From Patescibacteria group bacterium (GTDB taxonomy: Bacteria > Patescibacteriota > Minisyncoccia > Phycocordibacterales > EsbW-18), in NCBI GenBank assembly GCA_038064475.1, contig JBBTTA010000001.1, positions 111,086 through 175,085 on the forward strand: 64,000 nt of DNA. Reading direction: 5' to 3'. The notes under the pieces are model-generated. The model was given only the letters and a program-made list of their open reading frames with translations. It was not told the origin of the DNA and did not search any database. This document shows positions 58,267 through 64,000 of the stretch, in pieces. Positions within the stretch are counted from its first letter, which is position 1, and every line of letters starts with the position of its first letter. Position numbers and translations under genes: made by a program.

Positions 58267-59327
58267 GTATATTTTCCGTCTGACGTCTTTTCGAAGTGCT
58301 TGCTGTCCTGAAGGTTTACCACAATCGTGTTTGGCTTCACGTAACGTTCCTTCAACACCTTCTCGATAATTTCGTCCTTTGCAAGCGTACCGTGCTGTTT
58401 CAAGACCTTCTTGATAACGTCCCGAACGACTCCTTCAACATACCCCCATTCAGAGAGGGCGTAGAGACCGCGTCCAACGAGAACAAATCGTCCGTCCTTA
58501 ATAAGTTCGTTGTGTGCTGTTGCAATGTGCGCCTTACGATCAAAAAGTTCGCTAATGCGCTTTGCAACTTCAGTAAAGTGCAATGGTGAACCATGTTGAC
58601 GAATGGCGAGGTATGCGTAGTCGCGGATACCTTTTGGTGTGATATTCGCTGATGAGGTTGGCCCCCATTCGCCGAGAGGATTGCTACCAATCATTTTTGA
58701 AATCGAGAGCCAGCGCTTTACCATTTCTTCGTTACGGTAGTGTTCTGCAAGATCCTTGATGTGTTCCAAAAATCCTTGAACGATATCTGTTTCAGACACG
58801 AGTTCATCGTCAGAAAGTGTCGTGTATAGTTTTTTTAATGCTTCTTCAATCTTTTCTGCAACACCACCATCAACGTGCCAACGGTGCACAAAGTGCTCGT
58901 CTTCTTTTCGTTTTTCAAATGCTTCGCCGATAACAAGAAGTGCATTGAAGTGATTGCGTGTGCTCTGATCAGTTGAGAGGTGATTCAAAAATGCTTCCTC
59001 AGACACGATGCCACCACAGAAAAGCATTTCTTCGCGGAGTTCGTTAAATGCTACTTGCTCTTTTGTGTATACGTCTGACTTGCGAATAGTTGCGAGGGCG
59101 TAGTTTTCAATCTGACGAACACGTTCTCGTGTGATGTTATACTCACCACCAATTGCTTCAAGCGTCATGCGCTTTGCCTTGTCGTTGAGACCGTAGCGCT
59201 TCACGAGAACATCTTTTGCGCGATCCGTGAGTACACTCAAAAGGCGCTTCGTCACTTGCTTTGGGTTGAAGTGAATCGACGCCTTTGGTGTGCTCACTGC
59301 CTTTGTTTTTGCGGCTGTTTTTGCCAT
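58257..59327 (-). CDS. sigma70 region-4 HTH plus winged-helix protein (CPR-conserved)
   Basis: MTLEAIG..YNITRERVRQIE; PLHF...HNELI.D.RFVLVGRGLYAL.EW. Confidence 0.8.
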   Translation of the reverse strand: MAKTAAKTKAVSTPKASIHFNPKQVTKRLLSVLTDRAKDVLVKRYGLNDKAKRMTLEAIGGEYNITRERVRQIENYALATIRKSDVYTKEQVAFNELREEMLFCGGIVSEEAFLNHLSTDQSTRNHFNALLVIGEAFEKRKEDEHFVHRWHVDGGVAEKIEEALKKLYTTLSDDELVSETDIVQGFLEHIKDLAEHYRNEEMVKRWLSISKMIGSNPLGEWGPTSSANITPKGIRDYAYLAIRQHGSPLHFTEVAKRISELFDRKAHIATAHNELIKDGRFVLVGRGLYALSEWGYVEGVVRDVIKKVLKQHGTLAKDEIIEKVLKERYVKPNTIVVNLQDSKHFEKTSDGKYTLA

Positions 59328-59458
59328 ATGGTGTCAAACGTGTTCTAAGCTGTTAAACGCCCTTTCTACCCCCTAGATATGCGTATCAGTGTATCATTGA
59401 CTGGATTACCCGTCAAGGGCGACTCTTGGGGTCAGCCCCCAAACGTAGAACATTATTA

Positions 59459-61858
59459 CTACTCCGGAATAATGTTCAAAATCCTGTCCTGTATGTAAAT
59501 ACGTCGCTTTACTGAGCTGTTTCCTAGCCATTTAGCTACCGCTGGCATTGCCTTTGCCGCCTCAAAAACCTCCTCTTCCGAAGCCCCCCGAGACGCCTCA
59601 ACCGTGCCACGGACCTTACCGGAGACCTGAACGGCAATCATAACTGAGCCCCCCTTGAGGGCCTCCTCATCCAGAGCCGGCCATGAGGCCTCATGTTGCC
59701 GCCCTGTGTTCCCAATCACCCCCCAGAGCTCTTCGGTAATGTGCGGTGCAAATGGCGCAAGTAAGAGGAGGAGTGTGTTGTACCACTCACGAGGTACGAA
59801 TGGCAGTTCTTCAAGACTATTCGTAAGTATCATGAGCGAGCTGACCGCAGTATTGAACTTCATTGCCTCAATATCACCACTCACTTTTTTAATTGTTGCG
59901 TGCAAAACTCGTTTTACGTCGAGAGATTCATCAACATCATCAGCAACCTTTTCGGAGAGCTTCCACACACGTTCAAGAAAACGGCGTATGCCCACGAGAC
60001 CGTTCGTTGACCATGCAATCATCTGATCATACGGACCCATAAACATTTCATAGGTGCGAAGTGCGTCAGCACCAAATCGTTCAACGACTTCGTCAGGGTT
60101 CACGACGTTGCCCAATGACTTCGACATCTTCTCTCCATCTTCCCCCAAAACAAATCCGTGCGACAAGCGTCGTGCGTATGGTTCCAATGTTGGCACAACA
60201 CCAATGTCGTACAAGAATTTGTGCCAGAAACGTGAATACAACAGGTGAAGCGTTGTGTGTTCCATACCGCCGTTGTAGAGATCAACTGGCAACCACTCCT
60301 TCATGTTCTTTTTGTCTGCTAATGCTTCATTATTTTTTGGATCAGTATAACGAATGTAGTACCACGATGAACCTGCCCAGTTTGGCATCACATCTGTTTC
60401 ACGCTTCGCTTTCCCTCCACACTTTGGGCATGTCGTATTCACCCACTCATGCATTTGTGAAAGTGGTGAATCACCTGAATCCGTTGGTTCATATTTTTCA
60501 ACAGGCGGCAACACCACAGGAAGCTCTCCTTCAGGCACAGGGACCCAGCCACACTTCTCACACGAAATCATTGGGATTGGTTCGCCCCAATAACGCTGAC
60601 GTGAAAACACCCAGTCGCGGAGACGATATGTTGTCGTTATTGCACTCCCCACATGTTTTGTTATTTTTTCTTTTGCTTCTTCAGTCGAAAGCCCGTCAAA
60701 TTTCCCTGAGTTGATGAGTGTGCCATCTCCAGAATACGGAAGCGACTCTGATGTTTCAATCACTTGTACAACAGGAATATTGTATTTCTTCGCGAAATCA
60801 AAATCACGTTCGTCGTGCGCAGGCACCGCCATGATGGCGCCTGTTCCGTAGCCACCAAGTACGTAATCAGCAATAAACATTGGAATTTCAACACCGTTTG
60901 CGGGATTGATTGCAACAATACCCTCGAGTTTGACTCCCGTTTTTTCTTTGCCTAATGCCTGTCGTTCAATATCTGTCTTTGTCTTTGTTTGCTCAACGTA
61001 TCGTACAACCTCCTCTTTGTTTTCTAATGACTTGTGACTAGTGACTAGTGACTGCAGAAATTCGTGTTCAGGGGCAAGTACAAGATATGTTGCACCAAAG
61101 AGTGTGTCAGGGCGTGTTGTGAATACCTTAATTCCTGATTCCTGATCTTTTATTTTGAATTCTATTTCCGCTCCCTTACTTGGTGCAATCCAATTCTTTT
61201 GTCCCGCAGTCACTGCAGGAATAAAATCAACTATGTCCAAATCATCATACAGACGTTGTGCGTACTTCGTAATTGCAAGCATCCACTGTTCGCGCTCTCG
61301 TTTTTCAACAGGTGTACCACAACGTTCGCAACATCCACCAACCACCTCTTCATTCGCCAAACCAATTTTATCTTTTGGACACCAGTTGATCGTAGTTCTT
61401 GTTTTGTATGCCAAATCGTTTTTGTAGAGCTGTAAAAATATCCACTGCGTCCATTTGTAGTAGTTAGGATCTGACGTATTTATTTCTCGTGACCAATCAA
61501 ATGAAATACCAAGCATCTGCATCTGCTTTTTGTAGACGGCAATATTTTCTTTTGTTACTTCATGCGGATTACGCCCCGTCTTGATAGCATAGCTTTCTGT
61601 TGGCAAACCGAATGCATCCCATCCCATTGGATAGAGGACGTTTTCACCTTGTGCACGTCGCTTACGAACGAGGGCATCAAGCGCAGTGTAGCTCCGGACG
61701 TGTCCGGTGTGAAGCCCTGCGCCAGACGGAAATGGAAACTCAACAAGGATGTATGATTTCTTTTTTGAAGAACCATCCCCCGCGCGAGCATACGAGGGGT
61801 CATCAGCCCATATCTTTTGCCATTTCGGCTCAATCGCTTTAGGATCATACTCCTGCAT
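59459..61858 (-). CDS. leuS: leucyl-tRNA synthetase
   Basis: HTGH, FTTRPDT, GTGAIMAVPAHD, SRQRYWG and KMSKS motifs. Confidence 0.97.
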   Translation of the reverse strand: MQEYDPKAIEPKWQKIWADDPSYARAGDGSSKKKSYILVEFPFPSGAGLHTGHVRSYTALDALVRKRRAQGENVLYPMGWDAFGLPTESYAIKTGRNPHEVTKENIAVYKKQMQMLGISFDWSREINTSDPNYYKWTQWIFLQLYKNDLAYKTRTTINWCPKDKIGLANEEVVGGCCERCGTPVEKREREQWMLAITKYAQRLYDDLDIVDFIPAVTAGQKNWIAPSKGAEIEFKIKDQESGIKVFTTRPDTLFGATYLVLAPEHEFLQSLVTSHKSLENKEEVVRYVEQTKTKTDIERQALGKEKTGVKLEGIVAINPANGVEIPMFIADYVLGGYGTGAIMAVPAHDERDFDFAKKYNIPVVQVIETSESLPYSGDGTLINSGKFDGLSTEEAKEKITKHVGSAITTTYRLRDWVFSRQRYWGEPIPMISCEKCGWVPVPEGELPVVLPPVEKYEPTDSGDSPLSQMHEWVNTTCPKCGGKAKRETDVMPNWAGSSWYYIRYTDPKNNEALADKKNMKEWLPVDLYNGGMEHTTLHLLYSRFWHKFLYDIGVVPTLEPYARRLSHGFVLGEDGEKMSKSLGNVVNPDEVVERFGADALRTYEMFMGPYDQMIAWSTNGLVGIRRFLERVWKLSEKVADDVDESLDVKRVLHATIKKVSGDIEAMKFNTAVSSLMILTNSLEELPFVPREWYNTLLLLLAPFAPHITEELWGVIGNTGRQHEASWPALDEEALKGGSVMIAVQVSGKVRGTVEASRGASEEEVFEAAKAMPAVAKWLGNSSVKRRIYIQDRILNIIPE

Positions 61859-61976
61859 AGATAAAAAGAATACTACCACTCAAAAACAGAATCAGGAAGC
61901 AAGAATCATGAATCATGCGTGTGAGCAAAAATCCGCCCGAAGGCGGATTTTTGCTTTTGATTCTTGATTCTACTCT

Positions 61977-62921
61977 TTAGTACTTCGGAAATGCAGGATA
62001 TTTCTGCGGATCAACCGTTCGTTCGAAACACGTACGTCCTTCACCATGTTCAAAGATTCCTTCCATTCCCCATGGATCACGCGCAGGCACTGTTGCTTCA
62101 CTCATTACACTCTCGCGTGCAAATGTTGCACACAAATCGAACGAAAGCTGGCCTGTAACAGCGTACTCGTATGTCTCACCTGTCTCTGGATCCGTTGGCG
62201 CAACATACCCACTGAACTCATCTGAAAGATCAGAAAGGGCGACAGGAAGTTTTTGTCGTGTCTGCCAGTAGTTCAAAACCTCCCACTGAATACCCGAGAG
62301 ATCAGACACGCGCTGCTCATCAAACTTCAATGCACGTCGTTCGCTTGGAGAACCAATCGTCAAAAACCCACAGACAATTGCTCCAAGAACAAGAAGTGCG
62401 GCAATAACGATGAGTGGTTTATTAACAGATGTATCACCTCGCATTGATCTGCGAAGATCGTAGAAGTAGTAGCCAAAGACACTGCCCGCAACAGCAAAGA
62501 CAGCAAGCATCTTCATCACAAAGCGAATCGTCACTTCACTACCGAGGTATGTGTTCAAGAGTGCAATAACGTCACCCACAACAACCGCACCTGCGGCAAA
62601 AAGTGTAAACCATACAAACCACTTACGAATTGAAAGTGTTGCTTTTGCAGAGTTCGCCGCAATGTCTTTGCGTACCCACCACGACAAAACGAGGAACAAT
62701 GGAAAGACAACGAGAAGCGTTGAAATCGTGAACTGCAACGTTGACGCTGTTGATGAGTAAGAGAAGTAGTAATTTGAGAGTGCATCAGGAAACTTTGAGT
62801 TGATAATTGCAAAAAGCATTGCAAGAAGGCTTCCTGCTGATGTGTAAAGTGAGAGTGCAATGCCCACATAGACGAAGAAGTCCTTTGGAGACATTTTTGG
62901 TCGATCAATTGTTGGTTCCAT
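61977..62921 (-). CDS. DUF5671-like membrane protein with pilin-like C-terminal domain
   Basis: 5 TM segments, DEQRVSDL..I, DPETGETYEY and CATF. Confidence 0.7.
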   Translation of the reverse strand: MEPTIDRPKMSPKDFFVYVGIALSLYTSAGSLLAMLFAIINSKFPDALSNYYFSYSSTASTLQFTISTLLVVFPLFLVLSWWVRKDIAANSAKATLSIRKWFVWFTLFAAGAVVVGDVIALLNTYLGSEVTIRFVMKMLAVFAVAGSVFGYYFYDLRRSMRGDTSVNKPLIVIAALLVLGAIVCGFLTIGSPSERRALKFDEQRVSDLSGIQWEVLNYWQTRQKLPVALSDLSDEFSGYVAPTDPETGETYEYAVTGQLSFDLCATFARESVMSEATVPARDPWGMEGIFEHGEGRTCFERTVDPQKYPAFPKY

Positions 62922-62979
62922 ATGTGTACTTAATGAATATATGCCTCATGGTAGCACCCTTTTTATGCACCCGAGAAAC

Positions 62980-63007
62980 TTGACAAAAACTTAAGATTTG
63001 CTATATT
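62980..63007 (+). promoter_or_regulatory. strong sigma70 promoter
   Basis: TTGACA-16-TATATT with TG extension. Confidence 0.75.
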
Positions 63008-63013
63008 AGCGAT

Positions 63014-63570
63014 ATCTAGACGTTTGGGTCAAGTGCCCTCCGCCGTAGAGTTCCTTCACAGCAGTTCAGTCTCACCTACCGCCCCTAAACGGGCAAAGGA
63101 GAATGGATGAGGAATCGTCACGGTCCGGTCGCGAACGCGACCAACTTGTTCAACTTCATGAGGAACACCTCGACGCCGGCCTGACCGACGGCTGCGACGA
63201 GTACCCCGCTCGCGAACATCGTGTTCGCGTAAGAGTAACCATGTTCCGCAACACTTCGAGCGTGCGGAACCAATCCCTCGGGAGCACCGATGACGGAAAC
63301 GCCACCGGATTAAGACGCGAGTGCGAGCTCGCACTTCCGCCCACAGCATGTCGCGAGGACATTCTGCACACTCGTTGTTCAAAAGAACCCTGATGATGGG
63401 TCACTGGGACACAGCCGCGACACCGTCCGGCGCCCCCACCCTTTCCCAACCAAAACTGGGACGAATCAGGTATACGAGGCCTTCGAAAAAAAACTAAAAA
63501 GGCGTCTCAAAAAAAGAAAAGAACTGCAACAAACTGGCCCCGCTCGCGCAATGCGCGAGCGGGGCCTTTT
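63014..63570 (+). ncRNA. candidate large structured non-coding RNA
   Basis: Own promoter and terminator, many nested helices, no convincing ORF. Confidence 0.5.
63536..63570 (+). terminator. intrinsic terminator
   Basis: 14-bp stem GGCCCCGCTCGCGC/GCGCGAGCGGGGCC + TTTT. Confidence 0.85.
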
Positions 63571-63582
63571 ACTTTTCTGATA

Positions 63583-64000
63583 TTATGGTTGGCTTATTAT
63601 TTCCCACTTTTTATTTTGTCGTAGTGCAAACATACCAGCAACAAACAATGCCATTGAGGTGAGTGCAGAAAGCATGCAATACACACATATCGCTTTAATA
63701 ACAAATAGTTGTAAAAATACCAAAACCAGCGAAACACATAATCCCGCAAAAGTGAGTTTTGATGCAAGTACAACATACTTTTTTTCCATACGCGTCAAAG
63801 AGAGAAGCGCTAAAAGAAATATGCTTGCATAGTAGAGCACACCAAAAAACGCCACGGGGATACCACCAATTTCAGAATACGTACTCGTCAAAACCGTCTC
63901 ACATCCCCCAATGATTGAACATGGCACGGGAGCCTCCAACACATGCTCAATAGTTAAAAACATTGCGTCCAAAAATCCTACAAAGGCAAGAATAGTGAAC
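63583..64000 (-). CDS. vitamin K epoxide reductase (VKOR) family protein, start beyond the window
   Basis: C....GC..VL.S, G.PVA..G and CVYC motifs; frame open to the window end. Confidence 0.9.
   Translation of the reverse strand, partial: FTILAFVGFLDAMFLTIEHVLEAPVPCSIIGGCETVLTSTYSEIGGIPVAFFGVLYYASIFLLALLSLTRMEKKYVVLASKLTFAGLCVSLVLVFLQLFVIKAICVYCMLSALTSMALFVAGMFALRQNKKWEIISQP

Noticed and set aside
63103-63393. 96-aa ORF as a protein gene
   Set aside because: ATG only 1 nt from the SD, no recognisable motif, and the sequence is explained by RNA helices; not fully excluded
63390-63396. CTGATGA hammerhead ribozyme core
   Set aside because: No stem II followed by GAAA; the motif sits in the loop of a short ACCC/GGGT hairpin
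63014-63570. RNase P RNA, tmRNA or SRP RNA
   Set aside because: No GAGGAAAGTCC with matching 3' P4 strand, no tRNA-like ends or T-arm, no SRP helix-8 motif
1-64000. Prophage, integrase, transposase, reverse transcriptase/DGR, or alternative genetic code 25
   Set aside because: No such ORFs recognised; conserved genes such as rbfA end at TGA and long genes have no internal TGA

Overview
This window is core chromosome from a reduced-genome bacterium, most likely Patescibacteria (CPR, Parcubacteria-type). That assignment is inferred from a short IF2, a short RelA/SpoT, a gamma-only DnaX, an array of VirB2/TrbC-like pilins and typical CPR hypothetical proteins. TGA is used as stop. Housekeeping genes include mnmA (partial), def, fmt, hpf, dnaX, dus, serS, dprA, topA, rel, parB, miaA, htpX, lemA, secG, rnj, typA, a DEAD-box helicase, clpB, iscS, infB, rbfA, gyrA, mltG and leuS. 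There are six tRNAs, none with an encoded CCA. I found no CRISPR array, integrase, transposase or rRNA. The most unusual signals are non-coding. (1) All three tRNA-Leu genes are followed by a structured element carrying an exact antisense copy of the 3' end of its own host tRNA, plus a downstream decoy copy, which gives a two-state switch architecture. (2) A roughly 550-nt, heavily base-paired transcription unit at 63.0-63.57 kb has its own promoter and terminator but no convincing ORF, making it a candidate large ncRNA. (3) A structured spacer carries tandem copies of the tRNA-Lys 3' end. (4) An ~80-nt sRNA has an anti-Shine-Dalgarno-like seed, in a genome where core genes appear leaderless and orphan genes are SD-led. 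There are also several MITE/REP families, three unannotated small ORFs, and an active/inactive M14 peptidase pair within a cell-wall hydrolase cluster. All calls are from reading the sequence by eye; no searches or folding programs were run.
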